DNA of 64,000 nucleotides. It comes from Perkinsela sp. CCAP 1560/9 (Eukaryota > Protista > Euglenozoa: Kinetoplastea). Both the position numbers and the translations under genes were made by a program. The notes below the pieces were generated by a model, which was given only the letters and a program-made list of their open reading frames with translations, was not told where the DNA came from and made no database searches. The stretch is from the NCBI GenBank assembly GCA_965644495.1, contig CBFFSA010000001.1, positions 2,046,001 through 2,110,000 on the forward strand. The letters are read 5' to 3'. Shown here piece by piece: positions 39,984-50,355 of this stretch; the first letter of the stretch is position 1, and each line of letters begins with the position of its first letter.

Positions 39984-41279
39984 ATGACCTTCTCCCGCAC
40001 CCTCCTCCGCGCCCTCCCCTCCTCCCTCCCCTCCTCCCTCCCCCTCCGCACCCCCCACCCCACCTCCACGCGCCACCTCTACTTCGACATGCAATCCACC
40101 ACCCCCCTCGACCCCCGGGTCCTTGACGCCATGCTCCCCTACCTCACCGAGGCCTACGGTAACCCCCACAGCCGTACCCACAGCTACGGCTGGGAGGCCG
40201 AAGAAGCGGTCGAAAAATCCCGCTCCCAGGTCGCGTCTCTCCTCGGGGCCTCCCCGAAGGAAATCTTCTTCACCTCCGGGGCCACCGAGGCCAACAACAT
40301 TGCGCTCAAAGGGGTGGCCCAGTTCTACAAAGTCAAAAACAAGAACCACCTCGTGACGCTGCAGACCGAGCACAAGTGCGTGCTGGACTCCTGCCGCGCC
40401 CTGGAGCTCTCCGGGGGGTTCGAGGTGAGTTACCTCCCGGTGCAGCCCAACGGGCTGGTGGATTTAAAACTCCTTGAGGGCGCGCTACGGGAGAGCACCG
40501 CGCTGGTCTCGGTGATGACCGTGAACAATGAGATCGGGGTGATTCAACCCGTGGAGGCCATTGGGGCGCTGTGCCGGGCGAGAGGGGTGTTCTTTCACAC
40601 CGATGCGGCCCAGGCGGTGGGGAAGGTCCCCGTGGGGGTGGAGCGGATGCAGTGTGATCTGCTGTCGCTGTCCGGGCATAAGGTGTATGGACCGAAAGGG
40701 GTGGGGGCGTTGTATTTGAGAAGGCGACCACGGGTACGGGTACGGTCACCGATCTCGGGAGGGGGACAGGAACGGGGGATACGGTCCGGGACGCTTCCTA
40801 CGCCGTTGATTGTGGGGCTAGGGGCGGCGTGTGAGGTAGCGGCGCAGGAGATGGGAAGGGATAAGGACCATATTGAGGGACTGGCGTCGTATCTGTGGGA
40901 GGAGCTGCAGAAAAGGGTGCCGAAGGTTACGTTGAATGGGGATGCGGTCTCAAGGTATTGGGGAAATGTGAATGTGAGTTTTGCCGGGGTCGAGGGGGAG
41001 AGTCTGTTGATGGGCCTGGGGAATGTCGCGATCTCGTCTGGTAGTGCGTGCACGAGTGCGTCGCTGGAGCCGAGTTATGTGTTGCGGGCACTGGGGATTT
41101 CCTCCGAGAATGCGCACACCTCGCTACGGTTTGGGATTGGCCGTTTTACTACGAAGGCGGAGGTTGATTTCGTGTTGGATAGGTGCACGGAGGAGGTTCG
41201 ACGGTTGCGGTCGATGTCCCCGTTGTGGGACTTGATTGAGTCAGGGGTAGATTTGTCTGCCATCCAGTGGCGGAGGTAA
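39984..41279 (+). CDS. NFS1: mitochondrial cysteine desulfurase
   Basis: YFDMQSTTP, YGNPHSRTH, FTSGATEANN, HTDAAQ, SGHKVYGPKG (PLP Lys), SSGSACTS (catalytic Cys). Confidence 0.97.
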   Translation: MTFSRTLLRALPSSLPSSLPLRTPHPTSTRHLYFDMQSTTPLDPRVLDAMLPYLTEAYGNPHSRTHSYGWEAEEAVEKSRSQVASLLGASPKEIFFTSGATEANNIALKGVAQFYKVKNKNHLVTLQTEHKCVLDSCRALELSGGFEVSYLPVQPNGLVDLKLLEGALRESTALVSVMTVNNEIGVIQPVEAIGALCRARGVFFHTDAAQAVGKVPVGVERMQCDLLSLSGHKVYGPKGVGALYLRRRPRVRVRSPISGGGQERGIRSGTLPTPLIVGLGAACEVAAQEMGRDKDHIEGLASYLWEELQKRVPKVTLNGDAVSRYWGNVNVSFAGVEGESLLMGLGNVAISSGSACTSASLEPSYVLRALGISSENAHTSLRFGIGRFTTKAEVDFVLDRCTEEVRRLRSMSPLWDLIESGVDLSAIQWRR

Positions 41280-41397
41280 AAAGGGGGAAAAGAGGACGTA
41301 CATGTTGCTGGTTAGTTTTCTTTTTGGGCAAGTTTATTTTGGTTAAAACATTTTTTTTTCTGGAATTCTCTATGTACATACATAACGCACCATGTGT

Positions 41398-41479
41398 GAT
41401 TTCTAGGCCGAACGATAATTTATCGTTCGGCCTAGAAATCTTCCTTCAAGGAAGATAGACCCTATTATCATAATAGGGT
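41398..41479. repeat. three abutting perfect palindromes (21-, 9- and 10-bp arms, each with a 1-nt centre)
   Basis: GATTTCTAGGCCGAACGATAA-t-TTATCGTTCGGCCTAGAAATC; ATCTTCCTT-c-AAGGAAGAT; ACCCTATTAT-c-ATAATAGGGT. Confidence 0.9.
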
Positions 41480-41670
41480 AAATGTTGGATTGTGTAGCAG
41501 TGAGAGCGCGGGATTGATAGTGATGTGTTATACTGATTTGTTATACAGATGTACGTTCGCGAGTTCTTCATTTGCATATCATGAAGACGTTATTTTTTAT
41601 CTGCTTTCAACCAGTACGAGCTTCTTTGTTGCTTCCTATACCTGATCTCTCTTTTATTCCTCACTTTCTA

Positions 41671-41991
41671 ATGCGAGCCTTTTCTCTGCTCTCTCTCCTT
41701 GTCGTCGCCATGCTTGGCTTTCAGTCGACTCGCGTCCAAGCGTTTGACAAATCCATTCGTCGTATCTTTGGGGGTTCCTCCACGGAGGAGACCAAGGAAC
41801 CGGCTACCACAAAGCCCGAGCCCGAAACAAAGCCCGAGCCCCCGAAAGAGAAACCCGCGGCACCCACCACGGAGCCCACAGAGGGTGACGGTGAGAAGTC
41901 GGCCGAGTCCTCCGCCCTCTCGATGCAATGGGGAACGGCCAGCGCGCTGGCTAGCGTAGTTTCGCTCTCTTTGGTCATTCTGGCGGCGTAA
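41671..41991 (+). CDS. small predicted GPI-anchored surface protein (Glu/Pro/Thr/Lys-rich), copy 1
   Basis: Hydrophobic signal peptide MRAFSLLSLLVVAML, KPEPETKPEP core, SS/A omega-like site and hydrophobic C-terminus. Confidence 0.8.
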   Translation: MRAFSLLSLLVVAMLGFQSTRVQAFDKSIRRIFGGSSTEETKEPATTKPEPETKPEPPKEKPAAPTTEPTEGDGEKSAESSALSMQWGTASALASVVSLSLVILAA

Positions 41992-42334
41992 GTTATGCAA
42001 ACTAGGAAAGGAATAGAAAATCTGGACGTCTGCTTCATACTGATTACTATAAAGAAGATAATATACTAAAATGATTCGGTCTTATTTGCAAAGCGATTTT
42101 AGCCATCTAAAAAAATCGGGTGCGCATAGTTTCCTGTTCTCTAGTGTAGTACATGAACATTAATTACCTTATTGTGCACGACCACACCTATTCTTTAATA
42201 TCAATCAAGTTAATCAAATATATTTTTCGTATTTTGGTATAAGAATAAGAAAGAAATTCGGTTTTGTTTTTTAACGTAAACTTAGAATAGGAGCTTTGTT
42301 ATTTACATTTGTATCATAATTAAAAATTCTCTTA

Positions 42335-43468
42335 TTGATCATACCAACATCATTTTCATCTTTCCCATATAAAGACCTAACGCGCCGAGGGAAAATAAGG
42401 AATGGGGAAGAATTCGAAGAAAGAATAATGTCTGTTGTAATAAAATCTGCACATGCTTTTCACAAGCACTATCACATCTTACTGTTTTTATTACTTTTCT
42501 ATGCAACGGAATTTCGAATGATAGTCTGCAATAAAGCGAAGGATGTTCCTCAGAGACGCACGGGTAAACTACGCGCTGCCATGTTAGCTCCAGATATTCA
42601 GTTTCGTCGATTTGTGGAAACCTTGCAGAAACGCCCACGCAATTGGAGAGAGAGAACGCCGGTGTGTCAATGGCGTGGTGTGATCTGCGGATCACAAGAA
42701 GAGATCGTTCTGCTACAGGGCGATAATAAAGGACTCCAAGGGAATCTCTCCTGGGCACATTTTCCTCACACAATGCACAGTCTGATTGTTTCAGAGAACA
42801 TGCTATCGGGGACAGTAGATTTCTCATCAACTCCATTCACAAGGATCCGACGCCCGACGCAAGGAGAGGAGGAGGAAGAGGACTTAAATGCGCCTCTTTT
42901 GCGTCTGTCTTTGGGAAATAATCAGTTTCATTCCATTCTCTTTTCTGACCTTCCTCAACATTTGTTTTTGTTAGATGCGTCTAAAAATAACCTACACGGT
43001 AATCTCACGCTGAACGCTTTGCCCTCTGATCTGAACGGCCTTTTGCTATCAGGCAATAAGTATTCGGGAAGTTTGAATCTGGAACACTTACCACGTTCAC
43101 TGTGTGAGTTAGATGTTTCTTTCAATAAACTTGAAGGGCCTATTTTGCTTAATACATTACCCTCTTCTCTTGAGAGACTCGAACTACAGGGAAACCAGCT
43201 TGGCGGAACTTTGTATTTTACTCTTCTCCCAAACTCCCTTAGTGTTTTGAAGGTTCATCATAATCTTTTTGATGGAGAATTATTCCTTTCAAATCTTCCT
43301 TCTGGAATGCGAAGTCTCAGTTTCTTAGGATTAAATATTTATCGTGTCAGCACTGATGTAATGTTGGAAAGACTTACGGAGAGTACCTACAGAATGCGAA
43401 GAGAAGCTATGTGGCCCCTAAGAATTGAATTCGACATGGGTCATATTCCAGAAATTTCTCTAATGTAA
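42335..43468 (+). CDS. leucine-rich repeat protein (true start probably downstream, at MIVCNK)
   Basis: CQWRGVIC cap plus about nine LRRs. Confidence 0.88.
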   Translation: MIIPTSFSSFPYKDLTRRGKIRNGEEFEERIMSVVIKSAHAFHKHYHILLFLLLFYATEFRMIVCNKAKDVPQRRTGKLRAAMLAPDIQFRRFVETLQKRPRNWRERTPVCQWRGVICGSQEEIVLLQGDNKGLQGNLSWAHFPHTMHSLIVSENMLSGTVDFSSTPFTRIRRPTQGEEEEEDLNAPLLRLSLGNNQFHSILFSDLPQHLFLLDASKNNLHGNLTLNALPSDLNGLLLSGNKYSGSLNLEHLPRSLCELDVSFNKLEGPILLNTLPSSLERLELQGNQLGGTLYFTLLPNSLSVLKVHHNLFDGELFLSNLPSGMRSLSFLGLNIYRVSTDVMLERLTESTYRMRREAMWPLRIEFDMGHIPEISLM

Positions 43469-43588
43469 GACGGAATAAGATTTTGTACTCATCAAGGCTT
43501 GCACGCTTTGTACATAAGAATGACGTGCACAGATAATCATCGTCTGGACACAACGAGTTTTGATACAAGTTTTGATACTGATTTATAG

Positions 43589-44586
43589 CAGAGGTCCATA
43601 AAACTACAAAAACTATTTTATAGTACTATTATAGTACTATAAACTTTGAAACACTATACATTGTATATTAAAACTATATTTTTTTACTATTTTTCGTAGT
43701 ACGTTTTTTCTGAAAGTATTGCTTGAAATGCCGACTCGACGCAATTTATTTTTATCACTCCCGTTTTCTTGAAAGATTTCTCACTATTTTTCTCATCATT
43801 ATGCCCAACAAGCGTCGTGGTCAAATCGTTTTTTCACACTTCGTTGAAGTCGATGGGGAAGTCGACCTACTTTAATTTTAGATGTGTTCCAGCCCAGACG
43901 CCTTGTCTTCTTAGGTCGCCTTTCCTGCCGAAGTATAATGTGAGGGGCTGCGGGTACTTCGACCGAGACCGCACCGAGACCGCGCCGAGACCGCACCGAA
44001 TCCCCACCCGCAGCCCCTCATGTGTAGATGTGAAATAGCGGGTAAGTGATTCTTCAAATTGCTTCAAAAGATTATGAATTTTGTAGATATTGAATCTTGC
44101 AGGCTCTGCGATGTGTTTTTGTGTGTTATCTTGCCATTGAATACGCCACGTCTAGGATCCAACGAGTGATCTAACGGGAACTCGTCGATGGACAACTGTA
44201 ATGCGGTTTGCACGGTACAAGGAAAGAGCATTATGGGAAGAACTTGTGAGCTATAGGATTCCGTCTTTTTCCATTTCTGCACAAAAACTACAACTCTTTT
44301 CACTTCTTTCTACGCGTCAGCGTATCCACACCACTTGCTCCACCTGACATCACGTGACCCCTCTAAGCCTCTACACCTCCATCGGCTCTCTCCTGCCCCG
44401 CAAAATTCCTCCAGGTCCATGGATCGATCTGTCTACTGCTCGCCTTTCTGGACATGAAACACTGATAAACACCATATAGTTTTTATAGTACTATATAGTG
44501 TTAATAGTACTATAAACGAGGTTTATAGTACTATAAATTTTCTTAAAACACTATAAACTATCTATAAATAGCTTTAGGGACCTCTG
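43589..44586. mobile_element. non-autonomous hAT-like DNA transposon with 8-bp TSD
   Basis: ATTTATAG|CAGAGGTCCATAAAACTA ... TAGCTTTAGGGACCTCTG|ATTTATAG; subterminal TATAGTACTATA repeats at both ends. Confidence 0.88.
43941..44020. repeat. nested mini-element with 15-bp inverted ends and 11-bp internal repeats
   Basis: TGAGGGGCTGCGGGT ... (GACCGCRCCGA)3 ... ACCCGCAGCCCCTCA. Confidence 0.6.
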
Positions 44587-44672
44587 ATTTATAGGTTACC
44601 TCTGAGATAGTGTATTTCTCACCACATAAGTGTAATACGTGAACGGTAATTTTCATATGATTTTCATTTTTT

Positions 44673-45443
44673 ATGCCACTGCAGTTTATTCAGCTTTTGA
44701 GGCGTTCTCGCTTCGCCATTTTGATTTCGTCGCCTGATTCTGGCCCACCGTGTAAGCGAAGACGTCGCTCCAGTAAAGTGCATAGTTCGTTACTTGCCGT
44801 AGAGCTTGAACTTTTGCTATTTATCCGTCATGTTGAGCGTCCTCGTGATTCATGGGTGTCTTCGAATACTGTTTGTTCCTGGGAAGGGGTAATTTGTTCT
44901 TCAACAAGTCCTCCAGTTGTACGGGGCCTTAAGTGGAATTACAAGGACATGGGAGGTAACCTTTCGTGGACCTACTTGCCTCAGACGGTCGAGAATCTGG
45001 AAATATCTTTCAATCGACTGAGAGGAGCGCTAGATTTTTCAAGTCTGGGCAAAAATATTACTACCTTGATGGCCCAAAATAATTATCTTACGGGTGTACT
45101 TCCAACGGATATATTTCCGGCCGTAGTACAAAATATGAAATTATCCTTTAATTCGTTTGAGAAGGATCTTGATCTTCGAAGTCTACCTGCGACTTTGAAA
45201 AGCTTACATGTCGATTCAAACAATTTGCGAGGTCGACTTGATTTTACGTGTTTGCCAAGCGGCCTTACTGAATTGCTGCTAAGTTTTAACAATTTTACTC
45301 ATGCCACGGGTCTCGAAAATATTTCACCTAATGTGTATGTAGACTTAACTTTTAACCTTATACAGAACTTGCCACCAGTATGGCAAACCAACATTCAGCT
45401 ATATGGGCAGTCACAAGCACACATTGCGACGGAAGAGATATAA
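44673..45443 (+). CDS. leucine-rich repeat protein
   Basis: CSWEGVIC cap plus LRRs. Confidence 0.88.
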   Translation: MPLQFIQLLRRSRFAILISSPDSGPPCKRRRRSSKVHSSLLAVELELLLFIRHVERPRDSWVSSNTVCSWEGVICSSTSPPVVRGLKWNYKDMGGNLSWTYLPQTVENLEISFNRLRGALDFSSLGKNITTLMAQNNYLTGVLPTDIFPAVVQNMKLSFNSFEKDLDLRSLPATLKSLHVDSNNLRGRLDFTCLPSGLTELLLSFNNFTHATGLENISPNVYVDLTFNLIQNLPPVWQTNIQLYGQSQAHIATEEI

Positions 45444-45786
45444 ATTCATAACGCATAGAACGATTCATAGTGCGCAGAAATCCATGTGCTGTAAAACAAG
45501 TCCAATACTGTATAAACAATACAATCACGTATTCTCGAAGTGGCGTGTAGGGGGGGGCAATTTCATCGGATCAACAAATTTATGCATTTTTTTGCTTACT
45601 CAAAAACATTTGACAAAAAACATTTTCACTGCACGAATGCGTCCATACTATACGCGTTCAATACTGTACCAAATTCGTTCACACAACAAAAAAAATACTG
45701 ACCACATCCACCCAACCCACCAAAGGATCATCACATTACGTCGTAGGTGAAATATAGTTTCCCACCCAAGGATGAGAAACCTACAC

Positions 45787-46428
45787 TTCACATACCTGAC
45801 TTATGTGACTTCCATAATTCTGCATAGCAAGTCCCAAGTCACCCGTTTCATTTAGAGGATTCGCCCAATTAGATACAAGCGCTACTTAGTCCAATTAGAT
45901 ACTACCTCCCCAATCATACTGATACCCCTCGTAGTAAGTAAGTAGTAAGTAGTATCTTCCCCGGGCACACGTCCCGATATCTTCCCGGGCACACGTCCCG
46001 ATATCTTCCCCGGTCACACGTCCCGATATCTTCCCCGGATACAAATCCCGATATCTTCCCCGGGCACAAGTCCCGATGTCTTCTCCAGGCACAAGTCCCG
46101 ATGTCTTCCCCGGGCACACGTCCCGATATCTTCCCCGGGCACAAGTCCCGATATCTTCTCCGGGCATAAGTCCCGATATTTTCTCCGGGCACAAGTCCCG
46201 ATGTCTTCCCCGGGCACACGTCCCGATATCTTCCCCGGGCACAACTCCCGGTATATTTATTTTCCCGGGGCAAAAATCCCCACAACGTCCCGGGGCATAT
46301 GCCCCGATAATTTCTTCCACCCTCCTCCCCAGGACCCCGTGCATACGCTTTAGTACGCACGGGGTCCTTCCCCAGGCTTGGGACTTGCTATGCAGAATTA
46401 TGGAAGTTACATAAGTCAGGTATGTGAA
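45787..46428. mobile_element. TIR element (~52-bp inverted repeats) carrying a 25-bp minisatellite
   Basis: TTCACATACCTGACTTATGTGACTTCCATAATTCTGCATAGCAAGTCCCAAG and its near-perfect reverse complement at 46377-46428. Confidence 0.8.
45953..46251 (+). repeat. 25-bp minisatellite, ~12 copies
   Basis: TATCTTCCCCGGGCACAMGTCCCGA tandem units with no unique spacers. Confidence 0.92.
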
Positions 46429-46752
46429 ATGGGGATTACGCATCCGGATCTCTGCATCTGCACATGACAACCGAGCTCTCTGCACCTGGGACCCCAGCTC
46501 TCTGCACTCGCACACCTCCGGCGAGGGCGAACCCTCACTTGATCCACCCGTCGTATGCGGGAACGGACTTTGTGAGCATAATCTGTGCACTATAAGTGCA
46601 TGAACAAACGTTTCAAGGAAATATAATTTGCCGTAGATCATTCTCACTTGCCGAACAATTTATGGCTCTTGTATTTGTCGAGGAACAGATTTACCTTATT
46701 CTTATTTTTATTTTTATTCGGATCTACCTTATTTTGACAGCGCACTATTTTT

Positions 46753-49700
46753 ATGACTGATTCTGTGTCACGTGGAGTTCTTTTGGACTCGATTCACAAA
46801 ACTATCCAACAGCAAGGCCACCAACCAACACCGACTAACGTCTTCGCTTGCGTTATAACTCTTTTGAGATCAAATTGCTTCGACTCCGCAACGTTAAACG
46901 TTCTTGTTCCTGTATTTCGTGGTATCATAAGGCATGTCTCTGATAACCTTCTAAGTTCACAATCCGCAGATTTATTTTTGCTTCTGGGACAACTCGTGCG
47001 AAAGGAGTCCCACATGAATGTGCGTAACCTATGGAGCCTGCTTCACGACTTGGTGGATCGTTTAAGTGAATTTAGAGATGATTCAATGGTTCTACTAGAA
47101 CCTGAAGTAAATGCTGCTGAAGGAATCATCGTATCGTATATGCAACTACTCAATCATTTTTTTATTACTGTCAAAAACAGAAACATTGCTGAAAAAATCA
47201 AACTTACGCAACGTTCCTGGAACTATCTTTTTGAAACATTGCTTCATACTCATTCTCACACTGTAGTGTCAAAAGCTGTTGGTGTAATTGCAGTATACTT
47301 TGACAACATTTTGAGTTCTGCCACTATTGAAAATACTCCCTTCTTGCAGGAACTCGTTTCCGCTTTTTGTGACGCTCTTTCCCCAGACTACTCCAATCGT
47401 TGGAAGGAATTGCTTGAAGTCTTGGCCTCTTTGCTATGTAGCGTTTCTATCATAAAACAAGAACGAAATGTTTCCCAGTCATTAAAAGACGGTATTGAGC
47501 TTTGCTTGGCTAAAGCAGTTCAACTTCGTGATGTGAGTTCGCAATTGAGTACAGAAGCGGAAAACTTAATAAAGAGTTGTGCGTTATGCTTACCAGCCTT
47601 GGAAATCTTAAAGGTAATTAGGGTTGATATCGTCCCAATGAAAAGCACGGAATTACTCCCTGGTCCCGTACCTTCGAAATCTGAAGTCTTGCGGAGGAAA
47701 TATGTACTAGATATCTTGAAGAAGAGTGTATCTTTCGATTCATTGTCATACTTCGCCAACGATTTAGTGCCTCTTGCCTCCGTTTACATGGAACTTGCAG
47801 ATGAGCAGGCTTCACAGGGGTTGACAGCACAGAGTCGACAGTGGCGGGCGATGCATGAGAAGATCTGGGAACTTGCGCCTTCTTTCTTCATTTCTCCTAT
47901 TGAATTTACGGAAGAAAATGTTCGCTCGGTTGTCAAAAAACTCGTTTTATTTCTAGAAAATTCGGAAATGCGGCACATTGCATGTAGAGCATTCTGTCGC
48001 ATGTCAGCTGATACATATAAAATTTCAAATCATACCAGACCTATTATTCCTATATTGCACCGCCTTTCGCATTTTGTGCTTCCGAGGCTGTGCAACTTAT
48101 ACGAAGAATTCTCTCTTGATTATGTTGCTGAGGCAGTGCGTTCGGTGGCAACAGTGAGTCATGCGAATACAATATCGCAGATATGCGCGACTCTTCGGCC
48201 ACACATTTTTCCTTTTAAGGAAACGCCTTGCTTGACAAAGGCTAGCGATGTTATTCGCACTGCTCTATGTATCGCACCAGTCACAAATGATGAAGTAAGA
48301 AGAACTTGGGCCGAACTTACTCTAAACATTCTAGAGAGTCATTTGAAATGTTCAATGAGCGAGCATTGCAAGAATTTAAAACTAGAAAATTCCGTGCGCA
48401 CAAGCGTGAATATTTGCTTAAGTCCGCTTCTGGAGAAACAGTATTATCGTCTCTTAGCTGAACTTCTTTCTGATAAAAAACTACCTCAGAGTTTCATACT
48501 GCGTGTTGTCGCTCACTTCAGCGAGACTGTTCCCCTACCTTTTCATGCTCCAACACGAAAGTATCGACTGCTGGGAGTCGATAGTTTATTGCAATATCTG
48601 TCTGATAATGACTGTCGGTCCGAATTACCTGACTTCTGCGAAAGCGTCACACCGGAATTGGTTCTTTCCACACAAGAAATATGTACCAAGACACGTGAGC
48701 GCGCGCTTTCACTGATCGCAGCTATTTCAAAAATAGTCGGCCCACAGTCCTATCTTGAATGCTTACAGTTGGGATTTTCTCTTCCCTTATCTCCCGTACT
48801 ATGTGGAACGCTAACAGCATGCGCCAAAACATATTGGTCTCATCATCGGGAACTTCCACAACGCACACACGAGAGTATGTGGGTTATGGTACTCACATGT
48901 TTGGAGCTCCCAACAGGGGCAAGTCCAACCATCCAAGACCTACCGTTAGCTACCCGAAATTCTGCATTCGCGTTTCTACGAATGCTTATCAAGCTGTCGT
49001 ATCATCACGACCCCACCCATAGCTTACTTCAAGCACACTTACGTCGCGTAGTACAAGCGGTCTACCATTGGGTGGATCGAACAGACCCACTGATCAATCA
49101 GCGCTCTGCTAGCGTTACCACTCCCTCTGCTACGAGACAGATTGTACGTGTGCTTCTTGAAAAACTTTTAAAACGACTGGGGGCTGAGCCAGTATTGTCA
49201 TGCCTGCCGCTAAGTGGCCAGCGCTTGGGAAGATACATTGCGAAACAGTTGGAGAGAAAACACCGAATACAAGCAAGAGGGTCAGCTTCCACTCTTTCGG
49301 GTGTGGATCGTGTGAGCATGAAAGCGCAGGAGGGCTACACGTTGCGAGACACAAACGAGGATGGAGATATCGCGTTAGACATGTCTATGGGAGATGGAGT
49401 TCTACGTCACATGAAAACAGGGGGTGGGAGGACTCGTGACAATGCTTTGAAGGGCGAACAGAGCATTCCACTTGGTAACAGTGATGACGAGGAGTTCAAT
49501 GTACGTGTGAACGAACAGGGACAAATAGTAGTTAAAGAGATTACACGCAATCACAAGGATAGTTTTAGAACTCTGAAGCGTGAAAGAGATGCCGAAGAGG
49601 AGTTTCATCATGAAAGTGTGTCTGATTTGGATGCGGACAGCGGCAGACAACGAAAGCGTAGTAAACGATATCCCTCTACTGGTATCGCTAATGACGAGCT

Positions 49701-50013
49701 GAGTGGTGGAAATCACAATAAAGAATATATGAGTGAAACTGCGCGGGATAAGCCAAAGGCAATATTGTTAGCAGAATTTCGGCAAAGATACAATACGAAA
49801 AATACGAAGTCAATCCGTGACAGTACCAAGAGAATTCATTCTGGGAAAAATTATGCTTCCAAAAATGCCGGTGGAGATGTAAAGCGAAAGGGCCAACTCG
49901 ATCCGTACGCCTACGTACCACTAGATCGTCGATTGCTTAACAAACGCTTGCAAGGAGCAAATAAGAAGCATTTTCTCGAAAATTCTCGCTTTCCTCAAAA
50001 ATACAAAAAATGA
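46753..50013 (+). CDS. RRP12: ribosomal RNA processing protein RRP12-like
   Basis: HEAT-like body, SLSYFANDLVPLA / KIWELAPSF region, VRVLLEKLLKRLG, C-terminal YASKNAGGDVKRKGQLDPYAYVPL. Confidence 0.85.
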   Translation: MTDSVSRGVLLDSIHKTIQQQGHQPTPTNVFACVITLLRSNCFDSATLNVLVPVFRGIIRHVSDNLLSSQSADLFLLLGQLVRKESHMNVRNLWSLLHDLVDRLSEFRDDSMVLLEPEVNAAEGIIVSYMQLLNHFFITVKNRNIAEKIKLTQRSWNYLFETLLHTHSHTVVSKAVGVIAVYFDNILSSATIENTPFLQELVSAFCDALSPDYSNRWKELLEVLASLLCSVSIIKQERNVSQSLKDGIELCLAKAVQLRDVSSQLSTEAENLIKSCALCLPALEILKVIRVDIVPMKSTELLPGPVPSKSEVLRRKYVLDILKKSVSFDSLSYFANDLVPLASVYMELADEQASQGLTAQSRQWRAMHEKIWELAPSFFISPIEFTEENVRSVVKKLVLFLENSEMRHIACRAFCRMSADTYKISNHTRPIIPILHRLSHFVLPRLCNLYEEFSLDYVAEAVRSVATVSHANTISQICATLRPHIFPFKETPCLTKASDVIRTALCIAPVTNDEVRRTWAELTLNILESHLKCSMSEHCKNLKLENSVRTSVNICLSPLLEKQYYRLLAELLSDKKLPQSFILRVVAHFSETVPLPFHAPTRKYRLLGVDSLLQYLSDNDCRSELPDFCESVTPELVLSTQEICTKTRERALSLIAAISKIVGPQSYLECLQLGFSLPLSPVLCGTLTACAKTYWSHHRELPQRTHESMWVMVLTCLELPTGASPTIQDLPLATRNSAFAFLRMLIKLSYHHDPTHSLLQAHLRRVVQAVYHWVDRTDPLINQRSASVTTPSATRQIVRVLLEKLLKRLGAEPVLSCLPLSGQRLGRYIAKQLERKHRIQARGSASTLSGVDRVSMKAQEGYTLRDTNEDGDIALDMSMGDGVLRHMKTGGGRTRDNALKGEQSIPLGNSDDEEFNVRVNEQGQIVVKEITRNHKDSFRTLKRERDAEEEFHHESVSDLDADSGRQRKRSKRYPSTGIANDELSGGNHNKEYMSETARDKPKAILLAEFRQRYNTKNTKSIRDSTKRIHSGKNYASKNAGGDVKRKGQLDPYAYVPLDRRLLNKRLQGANKKHFLENSRFPQKYKK

Positions 50014-50355
50014 TTTAATTCATATCGAATGAATACGTTATATTTGAAATGTCGTTTTTCCTACGGGAACAAGTTCAGCAAACACGTAAATATTGCCAGT
50101 TTTATCAAAACATGTGTGCCTAAATAAACAATTTAATAGGTTGTCGACTATTCCATTGACTATCTATTTCGAATTTTTTCACTCATAATCTATTTTCCAC
50201 TCATTTTTTTTGCTCATAATCTCGCAACATTACCTCTTCAAAAGTCGATCACTCTTTTCGAATTTCTGTTAACCTCTCTTTGTATGCAATTGTTTTCCCA
50301 CATTTTTAGATACATTCTAGCCTATTTTCTTCATCTGCTTTTTATTTTCCGTTCT

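Noticed and set aside
45953-46251. CRISPR-like array
   Set aside because: Units are head-to-tail with no unique spacers, there are no cas genes, and the context is eukaryotic; it is a minisatellite.
45895-46647. Minus-strand ORFs of 250, 148 and 76 aa
   Set aside because: They are translation products of the 25-bp minisatellite, cycling through frames.
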